From assembly GCA_051294905.1 (NCBI GenBank), contig CM119378.1:4218001-4282000 (forward strand): a stretch of DNA of 64,000 nt, written 5' to 3'. A model generated the notes under the pieces. It saw only the letters and a list, made by a program, of their open reading frames with translations. It had not been told where the DNA came from and searched no databases. Shown piece after piece: positions 51,960 to 62,915 of the stretch. The position numbers and the translations under genes were made by a program. Source of the stretch: Botryllus schlosseri (Eukaryota). Numbering within the stretch: position 1 is the stretch's first letter; each line of letters starts with the position of its first letter.

Positions 51960-54900
51960 TCACTGATTTTCTCTGTACTTGGGTGGAACATACAAGGCCA
52001 TCGGTGGTTTCACATGTCTTCTTACGTCATTGCTTCCGTACTGTGGCCGATCGTTCGGGTAAGATACTGCTGTATTGTGTTGTGTGCCTGGAATGGAACA
52101 AGTTTAACACCTAAAACAGACTTCATTTAAAGTAAATCCTAAATATTTGGGCAGAATGTGAAGCCTCAGGCAGACTTCATTTATACTAGTTATCCTTTTA
52201 AATCAAGGCTTGCCAAACACAGTGAATAATTTTGCGAATTTTGAACAGTCAATGGCCCCTATTTCTTCAACTTTCTGGTTTCATTGGGTCATTAGTAGGG
52301 CCATTTAAAGTCATTAAAGTCATATTTTTTTCTATACATCAGTAAGTCGTGAAATCAATTTTAAAGCAGAAACCGCATCCATATGGGGTATATTAAGAAA
52401 GTTATAAAGTCATATTTTTCTGGCTAGGTCATATTTGAGTTATAAAGTCATATTGTTGTATACTTTAAATAAAAAGTGCCAATTGAAGCAATTACGCACT
52501 AAGAAAGTAAGGCAATTTCTGATTGAACGAAGTCAAACTGTAAGGTTAGCCTACATAACATTACAGTCGCAGACCTATGAGGTTGCACATTGCATTATGA
52601 GGTCACACATTGCATTGTGTTGCTACACAATCTGTTTTACTTCTGTGCACTGAAGTGGGACGTCATTTGAAGTTCAGAGACTTCCACAAGTGAAAGAAAT
52701 AGTCAACGCACGGGAAGCTGAAGGAGTTATTGTAAAGAGCGTCAACGATTCAGTGAACGATCCAAAGTTGACGAGTCAGTTAACAGAAATATGCCTCCAC
52801 TAAAAAAATAGTTCAAACTTGATACTGAAAATGGAAAGTTGTGCGTACACTATCAAAGAGGCTGCTAATGCTGATCTAAATGCCCTCAATATCGGAAAAG
52901 ATCCGCTTGAGCTCAAAAATTACATTAAGAAGCGATTGAACAAAAACGATGTGAAACAAATTATGGAGCTAAAAAGACAAGACATTTCAGCAGCGCTGTA
53001 TGCAAAACTGCAGAAGTGTCAACCAACATCAGCGTCTGTGGAGAGCTCATTTTCCTTACTAAAGTCATTTTTACGTCCAAATCGTAAATTTAAAGACTTC
53101 AACATTCCACACTACATGAAACTACTACAAAAGTGGTTTAGAATTAAAATGGATGTGTATTGCTGTTATGTTGTTCATGTTTTACTCGTCAGTTCCATGA
53201 GTGACGTTGGTTACATGTAAAAATACACAATTTTCGCATAAAGTCATATTTTCCCAAAAATAAAGTCATATAATTGATTTTTTAAGGTCATATAAAAATG
53301 GCCCTGTAGTCATTAGTAAGAAAGTTGAACATAAAACACATTGTGGCTCGCACATTCATTTGTCTTGTATATCTGTAAAGCCAAGCTTGAAAGATAACTT
53401 ATATCATACCTCCCGGCATGGCTAGCAATTGCGAAAATTTAAATATAACAAAATCAACAAATTCAAAGGTTGAACAAAGAAACTACACTCAATATCAAGA
53501 CGGAGCTTATTGCTTTATATGTTCCTTTTGTTATAGTCGAGTAAACATATCTCAAATTTGATAAATTTTTTCATGGCCCCTTTAAAAAATGGGGTTGCGA
53601 ACCCCATCCCTAAATGTAAGGAGCAGAATGTGACTACCGGAGGTTCAACTGTAGTGCTATAGTGCACTGCCCTTACCTTCGCCGTGAGCCTGGTTCGCAG
53701 CTGCTTCCACAGACTTCAAATCAAACAGCGGCACCTCTTCGTAGTTACCGAAATCCACAAACTGAACCACCGCCGTAGGCGCGGACGGATGAAGGTCTGT
53801 TATAACGGCGAGGTAGTACTGTGAGTCTTCCCAGTATTTCGCAAAGCAGTGATGTCCCGCCTGCCATTGCGGAATTATAACGTGAAGACTTTGAGCGATG
53901 TTTCGAGGTCTTTCGTAACCTTGTCCAGATGATGAACGATTTCCAGGTGTATTGTCGGAGGATGCGCCACCTCCAAATGTTGTAGGGCCGCGTTGCGGGG
54001 GAGGATTAACTGGTATATCATTGAAGACAACTTTGCTATCAGGTTTTTTTGCTGTATCACTTGTTTCCAGCCGTTGACGGCTGTTATCGTTATGTTTCTG
54101 ATGCCTAGGTGGTTTGCTTGAATTCCTTGCTGCATTTGCACCAGTTTCGGCAAGGCTTTGACCAGATCGTGGCTTGGCTTGCGATTGGTACTTCGAGTCC
54201 CTCTGGCTATTGTTACTCCAGCCTTGATTTCTTCCATCATTATTGTACATGTCCCGATTGTTATTTGCACTTGCTGGGGGATGGCTTTGACCAGATCGTG
54301 TTTTGGATTCCGATTGGTAATTTGAGTCCCTTTGGCTGTTGTTGCCATAACCTTGATTTCTTCTAGCATCGTCATACGCGCCCTGATCGTTATTTGCACC
54401 TACTCCGGGATGGCTTTGACCAGATCGTGGCTTGGGCTGCGATTGGTATTTTGAGTCTCTTTGGCTGTTGCTGCCCGAGCCTTGATTTCTTCTACCATCG
54501 TCATACACGCCCCGATTGTTATTTGCACTCATTTCGGGGTGGCTTTGACCAGATCGTGGCTTGGATTGCGATTGATGCTTCGAGCCCCTTTGACTGTTGT
54601 TGTCCGAGCCTTGATATCTTCTAGCATTGTCGTATTTTTGAACGTCCTGATCATATGAATGTTTTGTGTGCCACTTATCCCCATCATTTCTCTGCGTATT
54701 CCGATCGTATGAATGTTTTGATTGCCACGTATTTCCATCGGAGCTATGAGTAGGATTTCTGTTGTTTTTATGATCATATTGATGACTTGATTGTCGGCCG
54801 TAGCCACCCCTCTTATAACCACCATAACTGTTGCTTTGTCGCTCTGTGCCACCATCAAAGGCTTCCCTTTCATAACTAGGATATTTTCCAGTGTCTTTTA

Positions 54901-56080
54901 CCAACATATTTGACATGCGCTGATCGATGAAATCCATTAGCGTAGCTGGATTTGCGGATTGATTGTCTTGTTCCTGCGAGTCGTAGTCACGTTTGCCACG
55001 AGCTCTACCACCTCTACCTCTGCCCCCACCTTTTCGACCACGGGGGTTGTCACTGCGTACGTTCCGATCAACTGGTGCTGGTGTTGGACTTGGAGTTTCG
55101 GTCAACAAGTTCATCGTCTCTTCAAAGTCGTTATTAGTCTTCTGCAAGCACAAGACCACTTCATCACGCTTGAAACCCATTTCAACGAATTCTTTTAATG
55201 TGTTTTGATGCACATTTTGCCCACCAGCTGTGGGTAGTTCACGGTATATTCCTGTGGAATTTTTGGGCTCGATCGTAACCTTTGGGTCTTCATGATGCGG
55301 TTTTGCGTTGTAGCTACGAGCTAGTTTTGGTTCGCTGGGCGGTCTCATTCCGAATTTTTCACGGGGATCGATCAGCAATTCTTTTTTATTGTCAGACTTA
55401 TTAGCTTCGGCGATAGCTGTCTTTCTTTGCACGCTGAATCCTGAATTATCCGCATCTTCCTCCTTTGAATTGTCTTGTAACGATTTTTTGGGTTTGTCAT
55501 ATTTTTTGAATTCCGCTCCTCTTTTTCCAAACGCGACAAACGGTGGTGGGCCGTCGTCCGTTTGGATATTCATCCTACTGATAGCGTTCATGTCTTCTGA
55601 TATCTTCCATTTCGAATACAGTTTTTCGACTCTGCCACCAAGGACCTTGAAGCAGGAATTTGTCAATTGCAATGTTCCGCTGGATAATGTAATGCGCCCC
55701 ATGAGTTTGACTTTTGTGCCTGGCGCTGTTTTTAGCGAGACATCGCGCAACTGTTCATATTCTATCGCCGTGACAGTGTTAGATCCGTCGGTCAGACTTA
55801 ATTTGAGCATTCTAGGTGCAACTGAAGAAAGCTCGTTGTCTTTCGGCGCGGATATGTTGCGTGTTTTCACTACCTGAAGCACACATGGTCCAACTAAAAC
55901 CCCGCTTTTGCAAGAGGATAACGCATCTTGAATGTATTTTTCACCGATCTCGGAAATATCTTCGTTTAATGCCTGAGATTTGATTCCGTCGATACTATTT
56001 TTAGTGCCTTTGAGAGAAGATATGCTGGCCTGCTTTAAATGCCATCCTTCCCCCAGAAGCGATGACTGTAAACTCTCCAT
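51960..56080 (-). CDS. TDRD3: Tudor domain-containing protein 3, 2 exons, 843 aa
   Basis: Exon 1 56080-53677 encodes an RMI1-like OB fold (GPCVLQV..RNISAPK..APRMLKLSLTDG..PGTKVKL), a UBA (LKEFVEMGF), an RGG tract and a Tudor domain (CFAKYWEDSQYYLAVI..AVVQFVDFGNYEEV). The donor GTAAGG at 53676 splices in phase 1 to exon 2 52087-51960 (GTQHNTAVSYPNDRPQYGSNDVRRHVKPPMALYVPPKYRENQ*), which carries the EJC-binding-like motif. Confidence 0.92.
52296..53308 (+). mobile_element. Non-autonomous hAT transposon with transposase C-terminal remnant (in TDRD3 intron)
   Basis: TIRs TAGGGCCATTT / AAATGGCCCTG and TSD GTCATTAG (52288-95, 53309-16). The ORF remnant 52819-53220 has QPTSASVESSFSLLKSFLRPNRKF, resembling the hAT dimerization motif. 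Confidence 0.75.
54134..54634 (-). repeat. Coding tandem repeat, about 4 x 129 bp (43 aa), inside TDRD3
   Basis: The anchor GGCTTTGACCAGATCGTG occurs at 54154, 54283, 54412 and 54541 (spacing 129). Peptide unit: YDDxRRNQGxxNNSQRDSKYQSQxKPRSGQSHPxxxANNNRxx. Confidence 0.95.
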
Positions 56081-56432
56081 TTGCACTTTTTAGGATTCGC
56101 TCTGAAGTTCTGAGCTGGTACAATTTTTAGCAGCAGAAGTATCTACAAAGGGAAAGTCCCGAATCATGCAGCACGATTACGACCGGACATGATAAGGATA
56201 TTCGGTTCGGAACCGGAGCTGTACCACGACACAGAGAGAGAGACAGTTTTTATTGAGCAAAAAATTACATTCAAAAACAAAATACATGTTGCAGCGATAC
56301 GGTTCCTTAGGGACCATCTAGTCAGCTGCAGCGATGGAGTACAAAAATCAGGCTACATTACTATATGTGAAGAGCTTCTTGGAGGTACAGAACTTCAATA
56401 TACAATTAAATAGTATATTCATATTGAAATGA

Positions 56433-56466
56433 ACCCGAATATTTTCGGCTGACACTCGTCAGGGGT
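56433..56466 (-). ncRNA. Second copy of the minimal hammerhead ribozyme (inverted pLTR)
   Basis: Exact reverse complement of 57328-57361. Confidence 0.8.
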
Positions 56467-56565
56467 AATCGTCAGCAACTAGTAGAGAATTGGAAAGAAC
56501 ATTGTATATCAACAATCGTATCACAAAATATGACGTCACCAGCATGAAAGAGAGCGTTCAATGTA

Positions 56566-56821
56566 CTAGAGAGAGATATGATATTCTTTCTCGCCTGCAC
56601 CATCGAGATGCTTTGGCGACGGAGTTGCGATACGGCCCCATGAGGTCATCTAGTCTGCGCCCCCGTTTTTTTTCTCCTCCATGCTATCCGTGATTGCTGA
56701 GCGCCTAGCAGGATAGCTGCGGATACCATTTTTCGAGTCTTTGGTATGACCCGGCCGGGAATCGAACCCACGACCTACCGCTCGAGAAGCCGGACGCATA
56801 ACCATTACACTATCTCGCTCG
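56566..56821 (-). mobile_element. tRNA-derived SINE (tail type B) embedded in the PLE left arm
   Basis: Pol III A box (TAGTGTAATGG) and B box (GGTTCGATTCCC), central GGTCATACCAAAGAC..AAAAATGGTA..CCTGCTAGGCGCTCAGCA domain, and a tail AGACTAGATGACCTC..(CT)n shared with 60871-60977. Confidence 0.8.
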
Positions 56822-57327
56822 GCCACAATCACAGTGGCACCTATATTCGTTCACTTCAACAAAGTAATGTAGTGTACGAATATAGGTGCCACTGTGATTG
56901 TGGCTACGTGGGAAGAACGTCAAGACGTCTGCAGGACCGCATAAACCAACATGTCCCCAGATTTATCAGAACACGCTCAGTGAAAAGCTCACCCTTAACT
57001 CATCCACTTAAGATTGATGCTGATCGATCAAAGGCCATTAATTCTGCCATCGGCAAACATCTGTTGGATAATCCGATTTGTGCGAATAATTATCGAGACG
57101 ACCGATTTCGAATCGTAGGGCGAGGTCGCTCACAATTCCATTTGTGTGCCTTGGAATCAACTTTTATCAAAATACACCAACCAAAACTCTGTCAACAAAA
57201 GGAGTTCGTGTACCACCTAAAAATATTACATTGAACGCTCTCTCTTTCATGCTGGTGACGTCATATTTTGTGATACGATTGTTGATATACAATGTTCTTT
57301 CCAATTCTGTACTAGTTGCTGACGATT

Positions 57328-57361
57328 ACCCCTGACGAGTGTCAGCCGAAAATATTCGGGT
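57328..57361 (+). ncRNA. Minimal type I hammerhead ribozyme in PLE pLTR
   Basis: ACCC-CTGACGA-GTGTCAGCC-GAAA-ATATTC-GGGT: stem I ACCC/GGGT, conserved CUGANGA and GAAA core, palindromic AATATT stem III, predicted cleavage after UUC at 57357. Confidence 0.82.
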
Positions 57362-60184
57362 TCATTTCAATATGAATATACTATTTAATTACTATATGTC
57401 AATAATAACAGTAGAAAGAGAAGCGGGTAGAGCGTTTTCTCTGCACCCTGTTAGCCGTTGCAGTTCTACATTTTACAATGCATGCATAAAAATTTCTCCT
57501 TTAGTAATATATTGAGTTATTTGATGCAGATTGCTCAACGAAAAGGATGAAACGAAAAACATTAACAATAGTATTTATTCAAGGTCCTAATTTCGGTTTT
57601 ATATTCTCCTTTGCTCGTTCAATCTCCTATTTTTCGGTTCGGTTAATTACCAATTTTTATCAGTTCAATACACTTTAACGATATATATTGGTATAACGCC
57701 ACTTTAATAATATTCAATAAGGAGTTGGTAAACCTTACTTAATTCCTTGAAGTGAAAACCCGATAAGACCTTTGTGAGTCGTATATTTTGTCGTGTGAAC
57801 GTAGATAACAAAATATGAAATCGTACGATGTTTTGTGCATGTACTCTCTCTCGTGGCTATGAGAGATATGCGTGGGTAATACCACGTAGAGATATTCATT
57901 CATACTATTCGATTGACAAATTCGGAAGTACTGTTACGTCGTCGTACATTGATTCAATAAAGTTACAAGTCGTCGAGACAGAAACAAAATATATTCGTCA
58001 GTGTGATCCATCGAATACGTGTGCAATAGACAGGCTTCGTGGTACGTCAGCCAACGAGCCAATCCACGGCGTGGATTGCCGGTCGTCGAACGCAAGGGAA
58101 CACGCAGCGAATTGTAAACGCAACCTTCTGGAGTCAGATAAATCACAACTATAACATCTACAAACGTTCGCTCTGCGTTATATACACCACAAAAATGCGA
58201 TACAATGAAAAGATACGAAGGTGTCGAAAAGACTCGGACGTCTTTGGAATCAGACACCCACCTTGGCCTAGGCCAGAGGTCTCAAACACGCGGCCCGCGA
58301 GACCATTTTGTGCGGCCCGCGTTGGCATTTTGAATTTCGAATATTCGACAATACTGTAGGCCTATTGAACTGCCAATTATCTTTTTTTGAATTTGAGAAC
58401 TGGAAATTCGCTTTAAAACTACCCGGAAGCCTGAAATTACTCCTCAAATTTCACTATTACATCACTTTCAAAAGTTACCACACAGTGAAAGATCAACTAT
58501 TACGTCACCTTCCTTGTTTATAATTGTAAAGCATGACCCGTTGATGATTGAAGTGATTGAGTGACTGAAAATTGAGATTTGGACTTGGGCGCGACCTTTT
58601 GTAGAATTACTAGAACTCGGACTTGATGTATGATAAAATAAGAACGACTCTAGTTGAATCGCGTCAAACGTTATAATCAGAGAAGGACTTATTGTGACTT
58701 GGAACGCCGTGACTTGGTACAGCCACGGACGCAACAAACGATCAAACTGGTATGGGGAATGGTACTATATCAAAAGGTATTAGCTTGTGTTGCGTAGCTT
58801 ATTTGGATATCTAAGCAGGTCGGATGGCAAGCATTGAAATTGTGTTGCCTCTTGATGTATAGTTAGTTAAATCCTGTGTCATCTTGGCCCTTGGGTATCT
58901 TTTTCTTTGTTCTCATCGCCAAATAAATGTGGCGAGTTTAAAGTAGTCGTAGCATACGCTTCACAGCTGTAACACCAATGGATTTTTCGGCGATTGGGCA
59001 TCTCTATTGCTATGGTGATCATTATATTCAAGTTGTTATAATTCTGTTCCAATATTCGAAGGTAAATCTAACGCTGATTTAATTTGACTTTGGTAAGGAC
59101 ATGATCAATAGCCTAGTTATCGGACTCGAGCCTCTGCTCGATAACTTGGACTGGACTTGACTCGGTGGTGATTCGAAAATGACTGGACTTGACTCGAGTC
59201 AAAACTTTAAAAGTGAGATTGACTCGTGACTCGGAGCTTTGTGACCCGATTACAACTCTGCTGAAATGATGAAATCGATAACGATATATTGAATTGAATT
59301 GCTAATTTTAGCAAGCAACCTTTACATCTTCGTTTGTATGTAGAGATGCCGTAATAATACGTCATTTCTGGAAATCTGAACTACAGCATTCTGGTCCCAC
59401 CAAATGACACCCGACCCAGGTAACAAAACTATTCCCTTCAGTTTGCTCTCCTCTTTTGGATCATTGTTTGCTAAATCTGCTGGTGCATTTATTCAATGAC
59501 GAACAGTGCTATAATAGCCATAGAGCGTGTAAACCAGGGGTTCTCAACTTCCCTTGTGTAACGGGCCGCAATTTAACAGCAATATACGCTGCGGGCGCAG
59601 AACATTATTTCCATGTATTTGTGGGCAGCTATAACATTTAGGCTACTGTAGCCTATTTACCAGTCGTATACGGTCGTTTAGTACATTTTCGTGAATTCTA
59701 AAGCAATAATGGACAGAGTTCGTAAGTTTGTATTTTTTGTGACAATAATATCTTCCAGCGACGCAAGTAAATCCCATCATTCAGCGTGCATTGCATTAGT
59801 TTCCAAGTCGGTATGTGCACATTCAAACCCTCCCACCAGAGAGCGGAACTCTCTGTTTCAATGCGTGAGCGAGCAAGTATAAAATAACGGTAACTTTTTC
59901 GTTGCAGAGGCCATTATCACGTTGAGCTCTCAGCGTTATGAGACGAAGTCTGGCGTTTCAGGGTCATTTCTGAACAAACCAATCAACCCTACTCCTTTCC
60001 TTCCATGGCTGGAGCCCTGCACCAATAGTCATACAGATAGAAGTCAGCTTTGTTAAATTGGTGATTTTCGCTTGTCCCCCCTCGCGTTTGCCCTGCCAGC
60101 ATTTCCACTCTGATAAAAGGCACCCAGATAATTCGCTATGTAATGTCTGTGGAGTCAGTGGATTTTTCCGATGCTAGGCTTGGG

Positions 60185-60332
60185 AGGGGGAGATAGTGGT
60201 TAGTGGGAGATAGTGGTTGCGACAAGCGCCCACCAAGCAGACGGAGCGAGTTCGATTCCCGTCGGAGGTTTATATGGGCTCCTCTTCCCCTGCCGTTGCC
60301 GTTCTTACGGCGACAAAAAAAGCCCAGATAAA
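60185..60332 (+). mobile_element. Possible third tRNA-derived SINE head with downstream hairpin
   Basis: TAGTGGTT A-box-like motif (duplicated), GAGTTCGATTCCC B box, then a stem TTTATATGGGCT / AGCCCAGATAAA. Confidence 0.4.
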
Positions 60333-60870
60333 GACCCGACGAAGAAAGCACTCACATGGAATGGAAAGAACTAGTAGAAAGGGCCACGGCTTCAAAAAAA
60401 AGATCAACGTCCAAAAGAACCGTGACATCGGGCACTATAGGCCGAGGTGGATGTTAGAGTAAAGGATGCGTGTCGTTCGACATCCTCCTATCTGTTCATG
60501 ATATCGCGTTGTACATTGTGTGTGTGACTTGTTCAGATGCCTAGCTAGGCTATGGCGGCAAAGTATTTCACAACATGCGCCTGATCGACTGAAATTGCTG
60601 TTACTCGTCTGGTCACGGTTGAATCAGACAACTGTAGCTTTGTTAGGTGATGTTGTCTTGCTGTTAAGTTTCGGAAGCAACGAGTATTCGCAGAGTATGT
60701 TTCATGGGTTCCAAGCATTTTTGAACCATGCGTCTGTAACACCGTCGACAATTTGAACAATGCCTCGAAATATGGATTGGTGGGATTGACAGCAAGCTAG
60801 CAATGTTTTTTTCCCAACATCAGGCGATACGAATAACTTCAGAAGTGTCGTGGTATAATTTTAACCTTCT

Positions 60871-60977
60871 ACGGGGGCGCAGACTAGATGACCTCATGGG
60901 GCCGTATCGCAACTCCGTCGCCAAAGCATCTCGATGGTGCAGGCGAGAAAGAATATCATCTCTCTCTCTCTCTCTCT
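60871..60977 (+). mobile_element. 5'-truncated SINE tail type B ending in (CT)n
   Basis: Near-identical reverse complement of 56570-56665. Confidence 0.75.
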
Positions 60978-61404
60978 ACGCTTCGTTACGAAAACTGTTC
61001 TTCGACAAATATGTCACATCGGTTTTCCATTTATATCTGAGAAAGCAAATTGATTGTTCCACGCATAGTTACACACCCAGTTCGCGCCGTTTAATTTCCG
61101 GTTCCTTGAACCAGACTCCAGTCGAATACCGATTCCCAACAATACAACAAACTACACTCGAGCATATATCAAGAAACAAGAACACATCAAAGAATGAGTA
61201 ATCAAACGAGACAGAGACGGTGCGATAAGAGAGCTAAGTAGCAAAATTAATATGTGACAATATCTTGCAGGTTGGGTTTATAGTGAAAGATGTCGCGGGC
61301 CGCAAAATAAACGTATGCGGGCCGCGGGTTGAGAACCCCTGCTGGTGCAGACAGTAGGTAGGTAACCTGACGATTCGAAAAACAAAGTTTGTTAATACCC
61401 CTAG

Positions 61405-62915
61405 CAATATTCCCTCTAATTTTTCAAGAGTCTGCGCAAACCCGCGAACTCACTGCGCAGGTCCTCGGACAAGAGTGCGCAACCACCCTCCAATAGGATG
61501 ATGAAACCGACTACTGGGGGGCTTCGCCCCCCAGACCCCCCTCGGTTTCTTTGCTTTTTCAGGTACTTATCATCTACATTGGATGCCCGTTTAGTGGTTG
61601 CGTCCCAAAACGCGCGAAGCGCGAAAAATTCTGTAATTCATGATTGCATCGGTCAATATGATCGGGAATTGCATATATATTGCTAACAATTTTTCTCTTC
61701 TCCCTGCTCACATAATCAGATTTACCGGTAGTGCTGATCCATTGAGGTGTGTTGGAATAGATAGGTCCTTTAAATAACAATAAACATCTTCGGGCGTACC
61801 CGTTGATATAATGACTTCGTTACATGATGCTATTTCGTTACCCCCTATGTGCTATTATAAAAAGATATTGAAATCGCCAAAACGTACTAAAGTAAAAGAC
61901 GTACACGATTTCAAATTGGTATTTCTTCACTGGATAATATTGTTCTCTCGATATGGCATTTGTCTTGTTGTGGGACGCGGATCGCCAGGACAGGAACATT
62001 CGGCGCCAGCCATTTAGGCGCCTATGAACAATTGAACATGGACAATTACACATATATGTATTTGTATATATATCGAAGTTTTCGGTCAGCACGCGGGAAG
62101 TCTTTTTCGCCCAAGGTTTTCTCACTGCTGATCGTTCTGGCGCACTTCTTGGAGTCGCATGTTACATAGCCTTTTACTTGGCGCGTCATGGTGCGGTAAT
62201 GGCCGACACCCAACTGTCCATTTCTACAAATCATGCGCATTTTTTGTTGGGAAAGGGTATCCAATTATCAAGATATCTGACAATAATAAATCGCGCGTAG
62301 CGCGAAAAGAAATTTTCAAAAATACACCATGATTTATGTTAATTCCCGAAATAATTTAGGGCCCCCTTCGAGCTCGGCCCCTCCAATTGGGGGGTTTGGG
62401 GTGCGACAGTTACGGTCCTGAGTAAATCTTACGCAATGTTCAAGCCACGCGGAGAAGACTATTCGTTAGTTTCTCGCAGATTAACTTCGAGCTAGCCCAT
62501 TTATTGTTATTTATAACTTTGTTAAACCATGCTATTTCGCCATTCCCAGAAAATAATGCGCGATTGAAATGATATCAGTATCGCTCACGCGTACGAGTCC
62601 ATACTAAAAAAATATCTTCCGTGAGGCGCACGTGATTGTAAATTCTCATTTATGCACGGAGCGCAGTATTTACTTTTGCGGGTCGCACTTGTACCTCGGA
62701 TTCATACTTCAGTGATAACACTTTTTGGCCCTGGCAATGTTCCATCTTACTTCTCACGAGTCTGCGCGCCTGTGTGGTCCATAGGACAACAGTGCGCAAC
62801 GACTATAAAAAAAAACATCATTTCGGATTTTTTGTGCGCAGCGTAGATTTTCTGTGCGCAGAGACCGTTTCAGCACTGCGCATTTGCGCACGTGCGCAGC
62901 TTAGAGGGAACATTG
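61405..62915. mobile_element. hAT MITE (TGCGCA repeats) hosting a nested copy of the 4006-5631 family
   Basis: TIRs CAATATTCCCTCTAA / TTAGAGGGAACATTG with perfect TSD ACCCCTAG. Confidence 0.85.

Larger units (their letters stand above)
56369..57387 (+). mobile_element. Truncated fold-back Penelope-like element (GIY-YIG endonuclease remnant, inverted pLTRs)
   Basis: The ORF end 56851-57234 reads SNVVYEYRCHCDCGYVGRTSRRLQDRINQH..SAIGKHL..LESTFIKIHQPKLC (PLE GIY-YIG with CCHH). An inverted repeat 56404-56565 / 57227-57390 is nearly identical, and the left arm has a ~35-nt tail extension (56369-56403). The 12-bp TSD ATTACTATATGT is at 56357-68 and 57388-99. Confidence 0.9.
59535..61341. mobile_element. 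Probable Charlie-type MITE hosting SINE pieces
   Basis: TIRs CAGGGGTTCTCAAC / GTTGAGAACCCCTG with GGGCCGC subterminal motifs. The TSD is only partly conserved. Confidence 0.6.

Noticed and set aside
56750..56822. tRNA gene
   Set aside because: A and B boxes are present but there is no proper acceptor stem, and it continues into a SINE core and tail found elsewhere in the window.
56746..56850. N-terminal part of the 162-aa ORF as a real protein start
   Set aside because: It is antisense SINE head plus inverted EN sequence fused by rearrangement; only 56851-57234 is endonuclease.
61361..61400. CTGACGA-TTC-GAAA hammerhead-like string
   Set aside because: No stem II, and stem III register does not give an NUH site.
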